From a virus, in the IMG/VR virus record IMGVR_UViG_3300029858_000017: 50,839 nucleotides of DNA. One strand, 5' to 3'. This document shows positions 17,097 to 26,039 of the stretch, piece after piece. Below the pieces are notes generated by a model, which ran no database searches, had not been told where the DNA came from, and saw only the letters and a list, made by a program, of their open reading frames with translations. The position numbers and the translations under genes are program-made. Numbering within the stretch: the stretch's first letter is position 1; each line of letters starts with the position of its first letter.

Positions 17097-18089
17097 TCAG
17101 AACGTGATTTCGATGGTGGGTGTCTGCGATTTCTGTGCCCGCGACGCTGCGGGTTTGGTCTGCGGTTTCCGGCTGGCCGCCTTTTCTCCTTCGACCTCGG
17201 TAATGAGGGCGTCGAGGGTCTTGGCCGCCTTTTTCATGGTCTCGCTCGCGTCTTTGAGCGTCTTGAGGCGGGCGCTGCTGATTTTGCGGCCCTCCTTTAC
17301 GTCGCTCGCGGCGTCGGAAACGATTTTCGCTGCTCGGTCGGCCGCCTCGGCTGCCTTGTAGCCGGTGATGGTGGCCTCGGGATTCATGGCCCATGTGACA
17401 ATGGAAACTTCCCAGAGCTTCACCTCGCGGAGGTGCCGGATGCCGCTCTCGTCGTAATCGAATACGACGGGGTCGTAGCCGATGGAAAGTTCGTTGAGCA
17501 CGCCGTCTTTCAGCAGAACCTTCACGTCGCGTCCCATGCTGGTGTCGCTTACCTTGGCCTTGATGAACAGGCCTTTGGCGTCCTCTCGGAGTTCAATGGG
17601 GCGGCCAATGGGGAGCCAGCAGTCATTGTGGAGCGCCAGAATCTTTACGCGCTCCCATCCTTCGGCGATTGTCTTCGTGAAGGCTCCGGGCTCTATGATG
17701 TCGCCGCCGTCGTCGATATTTCCAACGACGGCCCCATACCCGGAGAAGATGCCTTGCTCCTCGTCGTAGTCGTCCACGTTGAACAGCAGGGTCTTGTACT
17801 CTGTTTTGATGCCCTGCTTCTTTGCCCCTCGGGTGAGGGACTTCTCCCACGCCTCTCTGCCGGTCTTGGGAGAGTAATAATTCGGCGATACACGCAGGTT
17901 TGCCAGCGCGAGCTTCGCCGCTATTACCGGGTCGTCTGCGACGACGTTGGTCGCCGCGTCCTTCGTGCCGTGTCTGGCCGATTCTGCGGCCATTCCTGCG
18001 GCCAAAGTTTCCGGGGCTATCTTTTCCTTATCGAGGTCGATGCCGCCGTTTCTGGCCGCCTCTGCGGCTTGCTGTGGGGTGAAATCCAT
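17097..18089 (-). CDS. Prohead protease (HK97 family, S78/U35) with C-terminal coiled-coil
   Basis: ...FSGYGAVVGNIDDGGDIIEPGAF...LHNDCWLPIGRP...ELSIGY...LWEVSIVTWAMNPEA... Start moved to ATG 18089 with AGGAGG 8 nt upstream. Confidence 0.85.
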   Translation of the reverse strand: MDFTPQQAAEAARNGGIDLDKEKIAPETLAAGMAAESARHGTKDAATNVVADDPVIAAKLALANLRVSPNYYSPKTGREAWEKSLTRGAKKQGIKTEYKTLLFNVDDYDEEQGIFSGYGAVVGNIDDGGDIIEPGAFTKTIAEGWERVKILALHNDCWLPIGRPIELREDAKGLFIKAKVSDTSMGRDVKVLLKDGVLNELSIGYDPVVFDYDESGIRHLREVKLWEVSIVTWAMNPEATITGYKAAEAADRAAKIVSDAASDVKEGRKISSARLKTLKDASETMKKAAKTLDALITEVEGEKAASRKPQTKPAASRAQKSQTPTIEITF

Positions 18090-18100
18090 TTCTCTACCTC

Positions 18101-20251
18101 CTAAAAGTTCGGCGTCATCACGCATCGGCACTGAATGACCTCCTCTGCGGGCCCGTCCGGGTCTCGGGGGAAGCGTAAGCCGTTGCTGAATTTGCCGTCG
18201 ATGGGTACTGTCTCGCCGTTCATGCGCTTGTGGTCGCGCCGGTAGTCTGGCGTGGTGCTCATGTGGTGCCACGTCTTTGTCTGGGCTCCGGCCTTTACTA
18301 CCATGTCGTACTGGCCGGTGGAGAGGCTCGTCATGGTCTCCTGCTGCGCGATGAGGTGAGCGCGGGTCTCCGTGGTCTGCATTTCCTGCATGATGCTATC
18401 GGCGATGAGCTGCGTGCTGTCGCCGTTCTCGATGCCGTTGGAAACGATGCGGGCAATGTTGTCCTTCGTGGCCTGCTGGATGTTGACGACGCGCCTGCCG
18501 CCTCGCAGCTTGGCCGTGCTGATGAGCTCGGGCCGCTGCACTCCGCGCAGGCCGTAAAGATTCTGCGCGGCCTGCGCTCCGGCGTTGTATGTCTTTTTCC
18601 ACAACGGCTCGAAAATCTTGTTTAGAACATCCGTCTCGCTCGGCCAGTCGATGAGGCTGCCTACGAACTCGTCAAGGAGGCTTTTTTGCTGTGCCTCTGA
18701 AAGGGCCGCCCATGCTGCCGTGTCTACCTGCCCGGTCTCGGTGATGTAGTCCTTGAGGTAATCAAAGGCCGTGCGCCCGGCTTTCTGCGTGGTTCCGAGG
18801 GCCTCGCCGATGCGGCGGGCCTGCTCCCGGAAATACTTGCTTGTTGCAATCTCAAAGGCCGTTATGCCCTCTCTGGCGGCTGCGTCCTCGCTGCGGGCGA
18901 CAGCTCGTAGGCTGACGCTCTTGCGCTGCTTCCCGCCGAGGCCGCCGATGGTGATGGTGTCGCCGTGTTCCTCCTCGGCTGGTTCTTCGACTTCGATTTC
19001 CTCTGCCGGGGCCTCCTCGCCGTATTGCAGGTTCGCCATGCTGCTCGAAACGGCTACGGGGTCTTCGTCCGCTCTAACAAAGATGTCGGAGAAAGTCGTC
19101 TTGTAGACGTCGCCGCCTGTCCGGGCCGCTGGCATATCCAAAAGCTCGCGGGCCTCGTCTTTGGTGATGAGCCCTGCGTTCCATCCGTCAATGGCTTTCA
19201 TCTTGTCGAACTCTTGGTTTCGCGGCACGATGTCGTCGTAGCGCCAGATGAGGTGGTCGCCGAAAAGCGGGAGAAGCTGCTGGTTTATGGCGTCCTCGCG
19301 TCTGCGTAGGCGCGGCATGAGGACGTTCTGCGCGTAGATGTACTGCGCGGCCTCGGATGTGGCCCGGTTGCTGCTCTCGGTGATGCCCATGATTTCACGT
19401 GGTACGCCGAAATGCTCGAGGCAGGCGTCGCGGATGAAGGTGCGGCCGTTTACCATGTCCATGTCCTTCATGCTCTCCGCGACTTTCTGGATGGTGATTT
19501 CTCCGTCCGTGGTCGCTATGCCGTGGCTCTTGAATACGCCTTTGAAGCGTTCGAGCCACTCGGCGCGGAATCGCTTGCGCTGCTCGTCGCTGCTTCCGGG
19601 CATACTAACGATGAGGTTCGGCGTCGCGTCGTTGTAAAAGAAACGTTTCTGAAACTGCGCTGCGTACTCGTCGATTTCAACCTCATCGGCGATGGCCTCC
19701 GCTTGACCGAGGCCGCGAAGGAACGGGTCGAGGGGGTTGAGCTCCTTCATGACGAACATATCATCGACGCTCACCTCGAGGATGGTGCCGGATGTCGTCT
19801 TGACGGAGTAGTACGGGTGGTCGAGGTAAGGCGTCATCAGTACCCAATGGGTAGGTACGGGCCAAAGCTCGGCCGGGCGGCCTGCTGCGTCGCGTTCTAT
19901 GACGAAATAGCCCTCGCCCTTTAGAAGGATGTAGGTCTCCTCAAGCTGCCAAAGGCTTGCGCGGGTAAATTCGTGCAGAGGGTTCGGGTTCTCCCAGAAC
20001 TCGAGGAACGAGTGCCGGGTAACTTCTCTTTCGTTGCCGTTGCTGTCGATGGTGAGGAGCTTGCCGGAAGCAAAAGAGAGGTCGGATGCGATGCGCGTTA
20101 CCACGGCGAGGCGCGGGTTCTTCGCGTACATCTTCATCCAGTCTTGGGTGTTCCGCTCCGGCGGGCGCGTCCAGCGCGGTATCATGCGGTTGTTCCCTGC
20201 GTTGTGGAACTCCTCGCTTGGGGCCTGCCTGCGCCGGTTATAAATCGCCAC
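18101..20251 (-). CDS. Portal protein fused to a MuF/SPP1 gp7-like head morphogenesis domain
   Basis: 716 aa. The N-terminal ~430 aa are HK97-type portal-like. The C-terminus ends ...DHKRMNGETVPIDGKFSNGLRFPRDPDGPAEEVIQCRCVMTPNF (MuF signature). GTG start. Confidence 0.85.
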   Translation of the reverse strand: MAIYNRRRQAPSEEFHNAGNNRMIPRWTRPPERNTQDWMKMYAKNPRLAVVTRIASDLSFASGKLLTIDSNGNEREVTRHSFLEFWENPNPLHEFTRASLWQLEETYILLKGEGYFVIERDAAGRPAELWPVPTHWVLMTPYLDHPYYSVKTTSGTILEVSVDDMFVMKELNPLDPFLRGLGQAEAIADEVEIDEYAAQFQKRFFYNDATPNLIVSMPGSSDEQRKRFRAEWLERFKGVFKSHGIATTDGEITIQKVAESMKDMDMVNGRTFIRDACLEHFGVPREIMGITESSNRATSEAAQYIYAQNVLMPRLRRREDAINQQLLPLFGDHLIWRYDDIVPRNQEFDKMKAIDGWNAGLITKDEARELLDMPAARTGGDVYKTTFSDIFVRADEDPVAVSSSMANLQYGEEAPAEEIEVEEPAEEEHGDTITIGGLGGKQRKSVSLRAVARSEDAAAREGITAFEIATSKYFREQARRIGEALGTTQKAGRTAFDYLKDYITETGQVDTAAWAALSEAQQKSLLDEFVGSLIDWPSETDVLNKIFEPLWKKTYNAGAQAAQNLYGLRGVQRPELISTAKLRGGRRVVNIQQATKDNIARIVSNGIENGDSTQLIADSIMQEMQTTETRAHLIAQQETMTSLSTGQYDMVVKAGAQTKTWHHMSTTPDYRRDHKRMNGETVPIDGKFSNGLRFPRDPDGPAEEVIQCRCVMTPNF

Positions 20252-20298
20252 GGCTCGTCACCTCGCTTTCATGTCTGTTCATTGTGCTGCGTCCTCCT

Positions 20299-21753
20299 TT
20301 AGTCAACGTCGAGGCTCCACCTGCGGTTGGCGTTCTGGGCCGCGTCGATGAGCATAGTCGCGGCGTCCGGGGCGTCGTCGTGCTCGTTTGGGCCTATGAT
20401 GGTGTAGCCTGTGAGTTGGTCGTAGAATTTCTCGTAGTCGCTCCCGTGAGCGTAGTCCTGCCGGAAATATATGTGCTGCTTAACTTGGGCGCTCGCTGTG
20501 AGGATGCGGGTCTCCTTATTGGCCGAGGACGCGACGGGCTCGATGGCCGTGTAGCCTCCGGCCTTTTCCTTGATGCTCTTGGCGTAGAGGCGGCCGCCCG
20601 CGTTGCTCTCGATGCGGAATCTCTGTATCTTCCAGTTCTCGAGCAGGCTGATGGTGAGGGGCTCCGTGACCTCGGCTTGCGCCTGCGTGAATATGCAGTC
20701 AACGATGTAAATGTCTGTGCCGAAAAGGTAGGCGACGAGCATGGCGTAATAGTCCGTGCCGGTGTCTGCGACGTCTGCCACGGCGATGACGCCGTCCGGG
20801 GTTCGGCCTCGGATGTCGTCGAGCTCGAAGTAATTGAGGCTCTCGGCGGGGAACAAAAGGCCCTCGGCCGGTTTCGGGTCTTGCTGGTAAAGGCTGCGGA
20901 AGACGTGCGGGTTGGCGGCCTTTTGTGATAAAAGGCGCTCAAGGCTGTGCCGCTCCGGCCATAGCGCCTCGCCGTCGTTTCGTGGGTCGAGCTCTGTCGG
21001 GTCGCCCTCCTTGATGGCTGGGAACTTGATGACTTCCCATTCCTCCGGCTCTCGCTTGAGTAATACTCCGGCGAGGTCGTCTTGGTGCCAGCGCGTGAGG
21101 GTGATGAGCTGGCGGCTGGCGTTGTGGAGGCGGGTGCTTGCTACGGTGTCGTACCAGTCTTGTATGCTGCGTCGTACCGTCGGGCTCCATGCGTCCTTGG
21201 GGTCTTTGTATGGGTCGTCGATGATGAGAACGTCTATGGCCCGGCCAGTGAGGCCGCCGCCTATGCCGACAGTGACGAGGCCGCCTCTGTGGTCTACTAC
21301 CTCAAACTCGTCCGCATTGCGTAGCCACGCGCCTCCTATGCGGGCGTTAGAGGCGTTCAGCCGCGTTCCGGGGTAAATCGCGGCGTATTTCCTTGTGTCA
21401 ATGATGCGCTGCCCGTCGCGGTTGAACTTGGATGCAAAATCGTGGTTATAGGAGACAAGGCCGATGCGGAGGTCTGGGTTGTCGCCTAACATCTTGGCCG
21501 GAAGGCGGCGGCTGCACAGCTCGCTCTTGCCGTGCTGCGGCGGCATGAATATCATGAGCTTTTTTATCTTCCCGGCCGCAAATTCGTCGAGTTTTCTTGC
21601 GTATGTCTTGTGGTGCCAGTTCTCGACGTATAGCGGGTTCGTGTACTTGGTGAAGTTGATGAGGCTGCGCCGGGCAAGTTCCATCCTCGCGGCCCGCGCT
21701 ATGTCTCGTAGCTGCTGCTTTGTGTATAGGCTTTCCCGGGCGTCAATCCCCAT
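20299..21753 (-). CDS. terL: Terminase large subunit
   Basis: ...LMIFMPPQHGKSELCSRRLP... Walker A-like motif and a C-terminal nuclease region. Start set to ATG 21753 (GGAGG 8 nt upstream); ATG 21759 is possible. Confidence 0.9.
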   Translation of the reverse strand: MGIDARESLYTKQQLRDIARAARMELARRSLINFTKYTNPLYVENWHHKTYARKLDEFAAGKIKKLMIFMPPQHGKSELCSRRLPAKMLGDNPDLRIGLVSYNHDFASKFNRDGQRIIDTRKYAAIYPGTRLNASNARIGGAWLRNADEFEVVDHRGGLVTVGIGGGLTGRAIDVLIIDDPYKDPKDAWSPTVRRSIQDWYDTVASTRLHNASRQLITLTRWHQDDLAGVLLKREPEEWEVIKFPAIKEGDPTELDPRNDGEALWPERHSLERLLSQKAANPHVFRSLYQQDPKPAEGLLFPAESLNYFELDDIRGRTPDGVIAVADVADTGTDYYAMLVAYLFGTDIYIVDCIFTQAQAEVTEPLTISLLENWKIQRFRIESNAGGRLYAKSIKEKAGGYTAIEPVASSANKETRILTASAQVKQHIYFRQDYAHGSDYEKFYDQLTGYTIIGPNEHDDAPDAATMLIDAAQNANRRWSLDVD

Positions 21754-22309
21754 CGTCATCACCTCCGTCCATTCTGGCGAGCTTCTCGAGGTCTTCCTCG
21801 GATAGCTTCGACCAGTCGATTCCGCTTTCGGTCTGGCCGTTCTGGCCGGGTCTGGCCGGGGTGCCGGTCGGGCTCTGTCCATATCCTATCTCTGCGAGGC
21901 GGTTGCTGCTTTCGAGCTTCGCACCCTCCGTTATGAGGCGTATGATGGAGTTCACGTCAAGGTCGTCGGGCTTGAGTTTCTCAAGGGCCTCGAGGGCCTT
22001 TTTCTGCATAAAGACGCCAGTCTTGGTCTGCCGCCGCCTCATGTCCTTCGCGTCCTTGAGGCTTTGCACGCGGGCCTGCCGGTCGAGGTCGATGTCGTAT
22101 GCCCGGGCCCGCTCTACCCATTCCCATTGTGCACTCCATCGTGCTAAAAGCTGTCTACTTTTGCCCAACTGCTTCGCCACGGCCTGTTGGCTGCGCTCCG
22201 AGCCTAAATCGCGGTAGATGGAAAATGCCTCGAACGCCTGCGCACTTTCACCTTTTTGGCGCTCCCACGGGAGGAGGCCCGTGTCTGCTGCGGTGCGTTT
22301 CGTTGGCAT
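21743..22309 (-). CDS. terS: Terminase small subunit (HTH-containing)
   Basis: 188 aa directly upstream of and overlapping terL; ...ERSQQAVAKQLGKSRQLLARWSAQWEW... HTH. Confidence 0.7.
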   Translation of the reverse strand: MPTKRTAADTGLLPWERQKGESAQAFEAFSIYRDLGSERSQQAVAKQLGKSRQLLARWSAQWEWVERARAYDIDLDRQARVQSLKDAKDMRRRQTKTGVFMQKKALEALEKLKPDDLDVNSIIRLITEGAKLESSNRLAEIGYGQSPTGTPARPGQNGQTESGIDWSKLSEEDLEKLARMDGGDDDGD

Positions 22310-22319
22310 TCTCCCTCCC

Positions 22320-23588
22320 TCATTTCTTCACGGTGTATTTGTAGATGATGTCTCCGTTCTCATCCTTTCCGGCCGGGGTAAGCACGCCGCCGTAAGCCTT
22401 GGCGGGGCTTGTGCCTCCTTTGATGTTGTTCCAGTTGTTCCGCAGCCATTGGGCCATTGTGGTGTCGTAGAGGAGGGCCCGGGCGCGGTTGCTGCCCGTG
22501 TTGTAACCGCAGGCGCTTACCCACGGAAAACCGAAATACCGTTTGATTGGCTCCTCGATGTCGGAGAAGCGGACGCGGCCGTTTTCTCTGGCAAGGATGA
22601 TGGCGTTGCCGATGTTGCCGGTCTGACTGACGCCCCACTCGGGCGGTACGCCACAGCAGTTGCAGGCGTCGTTGCACTCGCGGCAAAATGCGTCGGAGAC
22701 GTGGAAACGCATACCGTAGCCGTGCGCTATCTGCCTCATGTCGTGTATGATGGGGGCCTTTATGGCTCTGTTCAGCCGCTTGTATCCGGCCTGTTTGCTC
22801 TGCTCCATGTAGAACTTGTGGATGTCGTAGCCGAGCACCTCGCTCATGCCTGCGTATCTGGCCTTGAGCCGCTCATCGGCTCTGCTCTCCATGCAGAAGA
22901 ACTCCGTTGTGACGCTGTCGGCTCCGGCTTCGTGCGCGAGGCGTATGAGTGTCGGGTAGTCGTCGCTTGCTCCGATGATGTAGGGTCTCAAGCGCAGAGT
23001 AACGTGTACGCCGATGTCGGTGAGGCGCTTAATGGCTGCGAGGCGGGCCTGCGGAGATGGTACCCCTTTTTCTATCCGCTTGGCCTTTTCTGCGTCGGCG
23101 GTGATGATGCTGATTTTGACGTGCCAGTTGTGCGTGTGCCGGGCGAAAAGCTCCATGTATCGCTCGTCCTCCGTCCACCATGCCGCCTTGGTCGAAAAGG
23201 AGAGGGGGTAGTCTATCTTGTCGAAGTAGCGAAGGAGTTCGAGGGTGACGCCGTTCCTGCGCTCGTACTCGTCGAACTCGTCCGCGAGGCCGCCCCATTG
23301 CATGATGCGCCGGTCTCGGATGTAGGGGAAGAATTGGACGTCTGTCTTGTTCGCGGCCGCCGTGTTGTTCACAGCTGCGTTCTCGAAAAGGGCTATAACC
23401 TTCTCCGGGTTGACGCAGCGCGGCTTGGCTTCGAGGTAGCCCTTGACGGTGTGGCTTTTCTGGAAGAATGAAAAGCAGTAAAGGCAGTTGTAGGAGCATC
23501 GGCTGTAGGTGTCGAAGGTCATCGGCATGGAGCAGTCCGGGATTTCCATGCTCCATCGCGGGCTTGTGTAGTTCTGCTTAAGCTCCAT
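22320..23588 (-). CDS. Radical SAM protein (SPL/DNA-photolyase-like family suspected)
   Basis: CSYNCLYC (CX3CX2C) near the N-terminus. 422 aa from ATG 23588, with GGAGGGAGGG upstream. Confidence 0.8.
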   Translation of the reverse strand: MELKQNYTSPRWSMEIPDCSMPMTFDTYSRCSYNCLYCFSFFQKSHTVKGYLEAKPRCVNPEKVIALFENAAVNNTAAANKTDVQFFPYIRDRRIMQWGGLADEFDEYERRNGVTLELLRYFDKIDYPLSFSTKAAWWTEDERYMELFARHTHNWHVKISIITADAEKAKRIEKGVPSPQARLAAIKRLTDIGVHVTLRLRPYIIGASDDYPTLIRLAHEAGADSVTTEFFCMESRADERLKARYAGMSEVLGYDIHKFYMEQSKQAGYKRLNRAIKAPIIHDMRQIAHGYGMRFHVSDAFCRECNDACNCCGVPPEWGVSQTGNIGNAIILARENGRVRFSDIEEPIKRYFGFPWVSACGYNTGSNRARALLYDTTMAQWLRNNWNNIKGGTSPAKAYGGVLTPAGKDENGDIIYKYTVKK

Positions 23589-24069
23589 AGTGCTGCCCTC
23601 CCTCCGTGTCGAGTATCTCGCCGTTGAAGCGGCTGCCATACTCGAGGAAGACATTCCGTGCCTTGGTCTTGGTCGTCTTAACGAAAGCCGGTGTGATGGT
23701 GCTCCCGGACGCGCGTAAGCGCTGCATCGACGTGGCGAGCTTACACTTGACGAGGTACATCTTGACGGGCTCGCCAAGGCTTTCTATGTACTGCATCATG
23801 CCGGGGTTGGTGATGCGGTCGCCCTCGAGGACGACATTCTGGCCCTTGAGGCGTTTAAGCTGCTGCTTTATCTTTGGGGCCGCGTTGTACGGGAGCGTGT
23901 CGGTGCCCTCCGTGCGCTTGTCGATGCCGTACTTTCCGAGTAGAACAAAATCGCCGGAGCGCGTCAGGGGAATTATATCCTCGAACACCTCCGGCTCTGC
24001 CTTGATGAAATTCTCTCGGACGAACGTGGTTTTTCCGCTCCCGCTCTGTCCTATGATGACGTAAAACAT
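23578..24069 (-). CDS. P-loop NTPase / kinase-like protein
   Basis: MFYVIIGQSGSGKTTF Walker A. ATG 24069 with AAGGAGGG upstream. Confidence 0.75.
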   Translation of the reverse strand: MFYVIIGQSGSGKTTFVRENFIKAEPEVFEDIIPLTRSGDFVLLGKYGIDKRTEGTDTLPYNAAPKIKQQLKRLKGQNVVLEGDRITNPGMMQYIESLGEPVKMYLVKCKLATSMQRLRASGSTITPAFVKTTKTKARNVFLEYGSRFNGEILDTEGGQHYGA

Positions 24070-24082
24070 GGTCGCCCTCCTT

Positions 24083-24658
24083 TCAGTCCATGCGGATGAC
24101 CGTGGTGCTCGCGCCATTTTTTACGGCTCCGCTGTGGCCGTTCTCCTCGGCCCATGACCGGGCGTCGGATGCGTGCTCAAATGCGAGGGTGATTACCCAC
24201 GACGCGCCTACGTAGTCGCCGGGCTCGTCGTCGTATTCCTCGGCGTCGTTCTCGAGGTCGTCGTTCCGGGCAAGGATGAGCGCGATTTCCTGCGCGGAGA
24301 ATCCCGTCGCCTTTGCCTCCTCGATTTCGTAGTCGCCTAAAAGCTGCTCGAGCTTGGAATAATCCCATTGGCCCTTGATTTTGTTGAGAGCCACGTTCAA
24401 GAGCTTTTCTTCCTTCTCGTCAAGGTCAACGACGGAGACGGTCGCGGTCTGGCGGCCGAGGTGCTTATAGACGGCCAGCCTTTGATGGCCGCCGACGATG
24501 CGGCCGGTGCGCTGATTCCAGACGATGGGTGCCACTTCGCCGAATGTCTCGATGCTGTTCTTGAGGCGCTCAAATTCCGGGTCGCCGGGTTCCAGCGCGA
24601 CGCGGGGGTTGTAGTCGGCTGTGTGAAGCTGCTCAAGCGGCATTTCTCTAATTTCCAT
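24083..24658 (-). CDS. ParB N-terminal (ParB/Srx nuclease-like) domain protein, paralogue 2
   Basis: ...YNPRVALEPGDPEFERLKNSIETFGEVAPIVWNQRTGRIVGGHQRL... Confidence 0.8.
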   Translation of the reverse strand: MEIREMPLEQLHTADYNPRVALEPGDPEFERLKNSIETFGEVAPIVWNQRTGRIVGGHQRLAVYKHLGRQTATVSVVDLDEKEEKLLNVALNKIKGQWDYSKLEQLLGDYEIEEAKATGFSAQEIALILARNDDLENDAEEYDDEPGDYVGASWVITLAFEHASDARSWAEENGHSGAVKNGASTTVIRMD

Positions 24659-25271
24659 AAGCGGTTCCCTCCATGTGGACGACCATGTTCCGGCTGCCTT
24701 TCGGAAACTCCTTTTCGAGCTCGTGCTCTGCTAGCCAGTCCATAGCGGCATCGCGGTCTGGGAAGGAGAGGTATATGCTGAACTCTCCATCATCGTCGCT
24801 GCCGCTTTCGTCCTCGTTTTCTTCGTCGCCGGTGTCGGCGTCTTCGTACTCCTCAACGACATCATCCGCTTCTTCGCCGAACAGGGTTTCTATTTCTCCC
24901 TCCGAAAAGCCGGTAAAGAGAATTTCGTCGGTCTCGAACTCGGAAAGCAGGGTTTCCAGTTTCCCGTAGTCCCATTGGCCCTCAACCTTGTTCATGGCGA
25001 CGTTGAGGAGCTTTTCCTGCCGTTCGTCAAGGTCTACGGCGACGGCCTCCGTCTCTGTCTCGCCGAGGTTGGTGAGGATGTAGTAGCGCTGGTGCCCGCT
25101 GATGAGGTTGCCTGTTCTGGCGTTCACAACAAGCGGGTCTACGAGGCCCCACCTTTCGATGGAGCCCTTGAGGGCTTCGTACTCCTTTTCGCCGGGCTCA
25201 AGCCTTTTTCTCGGGTTGTATGCTGCCGGTCTGATGTCCCGTAGGAGCATTCTCTTGGTCTGCATCTGCAT
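24648..25271 (-). CDS. ParB N-terminal (ParB/Srx nuclease-like) domain protein, paralogue 1
   Basis: ...YNPRKRLEPGEKEYEALKGSIERWGLVDPLVVNARTGNLISGHQRY... Clear DNA- and protein-level similarity to 24083..24658 indicates a tandem duplication. Confidence 0.8.
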   Translation of the reverse strand: MQMQTKRMLLRDIRPAAYNPRKRLEPGEKEYEALKGSIERWGLVDPLVVNARTGNLISGHQRYYILTNLGETETEAVAVDLDERQEKLLNVAMNKVEGQWDYGKLETLLSEFETDEILFTGFSEGEIETLFGEEADDVVEEYEDADTGDEENEDESGSDDDGEFSIYLSFPDRDAAMDWLAEHELEKEFPKGSRNMVVHMEGTAYGN

Positions 25272-25386
25272 TTGGGCGGTTCGCCTCCTTCTTTGGTTCG
25301 TATGGGCACCGTGGGAACGGGCAATGCAGTCTCCCGCCGCAGTCCGTTGACCGGATGCACGCAGGGCACTCTGCTTTTGCTTTCAC
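25198..25386 (-). CDS. Hypothetical small Cys-rich protein (first ORF after the late leader)
   Basis: GTG 25386 with GAAGGAGGAC 4 nt upstream; ...ECPACIRSTDCGGRLHCPFPRCP... Overlaps the ParB start by 74 nt. Confidence 0.4.
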   Translation of the reverse strand: MKAKAECPACIRSTDCGGRLHCPFPRCPYEPKKEANRPNADADQENAPTGHQTGSIQPEKKA

Positions 25387-25404
25387 GGTCGTCCTCCTTC
25401 GCGC

Positions 25405-25436
25405 ACGAAAAAGGCCGCCCGGGTGGCCGGGCGGCT
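25405..25436 (-). terminator. Rho-independent terminator (9-bp GC stem, 4-nt loop, CUUUUUC tail)
   Basis: Minus strand reads GCCGCCCGG CCAC CCGGGCGGC CTTTTTC (stems 25435-25427 and 25422-25414). Confidence 0.7.
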
Positions 25437-25462
25437 CATCGACAGTTTTTCAGTATGGGTAT

Positions 25463-25491
25463 AGTGTACCACACAAAATTGCACAGGTCTA
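25463..25491 (-). promoter_or_regulatory. Candidate late-operon promoter (-35 TAGACC, 17-nt spacer, -10 TACACT) flanked by two AAAATTGCA repeats (25475-25483, 25512-25520)
   Basis: Read from the minus strand: TAGACC tgtgcaattttgtgtgg TACACT. Confidence 0.4.
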
Positions 25492-25526
25492 TTGCGCGAT
25501 TTTTTCGCCCAAAAATTGCATCCGGG

Positions 25527-26039
25527 TCACAACACGGCCTGCGCTCCGTAAAGCATGACAGCAACCTTCTGAACGAGCCGTTTTCGGTTCCTCCATACGG
25601 TGGTGTAATCGCATGGAATGGTCTCTGCTATCTGCTCGTCGCTGCGGCCGTCGATGTACTTGCCCTTGACGGTCTCGTAGTACGTGTCGGCCTCGATGGC
25701 TGTCAAAGCCTTTTCCACGCACTCTATCTCGTAGGTGTCGGCCGCGATGGTCGCCTCCATGTCCATGACGAGGGCCTCAAGTATCTCCTCTTGGGTTAGC
25801 CGGATGCCGGTGCGCGAGAATCTCACAATGGATTTGCTGCGCTGCGGGGCTCCGTATGTTTTGATTTCTTCGAGCTTCTCTCGGTCTTCTTTGACCTTGA
25901 GCTTCAGAACAGGGATGGCGTAGAGCCTGCGCTCGGTTGCCTTGTAAGCGTCCTTCGCCACGCTCATGCCCTGCATCCGTCCGGCGTTAACGGCCTTTTG
26001 GATTATTGCGTCGAAGTCCGGGTTTTTGGTTTTTCCCAT
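25527..26039 (-). CDS. Late gene transcriptional regulator (ArpU/RinA/sigma-70 region-4-like)
   Basis: 170 aa from ATG 26039 (AAAGGAGG upstream). The C-terminus ...KYIDGRSDEQIAETIPCDYTTVWRNRKRLVQKVAVMLYG is region-4 HTH-like. It precedes the packaging operon. Confidence 0.6.
   Translation of the reverse strand: MGKTKNPDFDAIIQKAVNAGRMQGMSVAKDAYKATERRLYAIPVLKLKVKEDREKLEEIKTYGAPQRSKSIVRFSRTGIRLTQEEILEALVMDMEATIAADTYEIECVEKALTAIEADTYYETVKGKYIDGRSDEQIAETIPCDYTTVWRNRKRLVQKVAVMLYGAQAVL

Noticed and set aside
14726-17107. Very long plus-strand ORFs (793 aa here; also 34126..35850, 32764..33921, 9621..10676, 7947..8903, 31405..32463, 37381..38349 and others)
   Set aside because: They are antisense shadows of well-supported minus-strand genes in a GC-rich genome. 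The translations are low-complexity (G/A/R/V-rich). They lack RBSs and recognisable domains, and the opposite-strand proteins have clear family matches.
25414-25435. The GC hairpin as a plus-strand terminator
   Set aside because: There is no plus-strand gene upstream. The U-tract is adjacent only on the minus strand; on the plus strand the T-run is 10 nt away.
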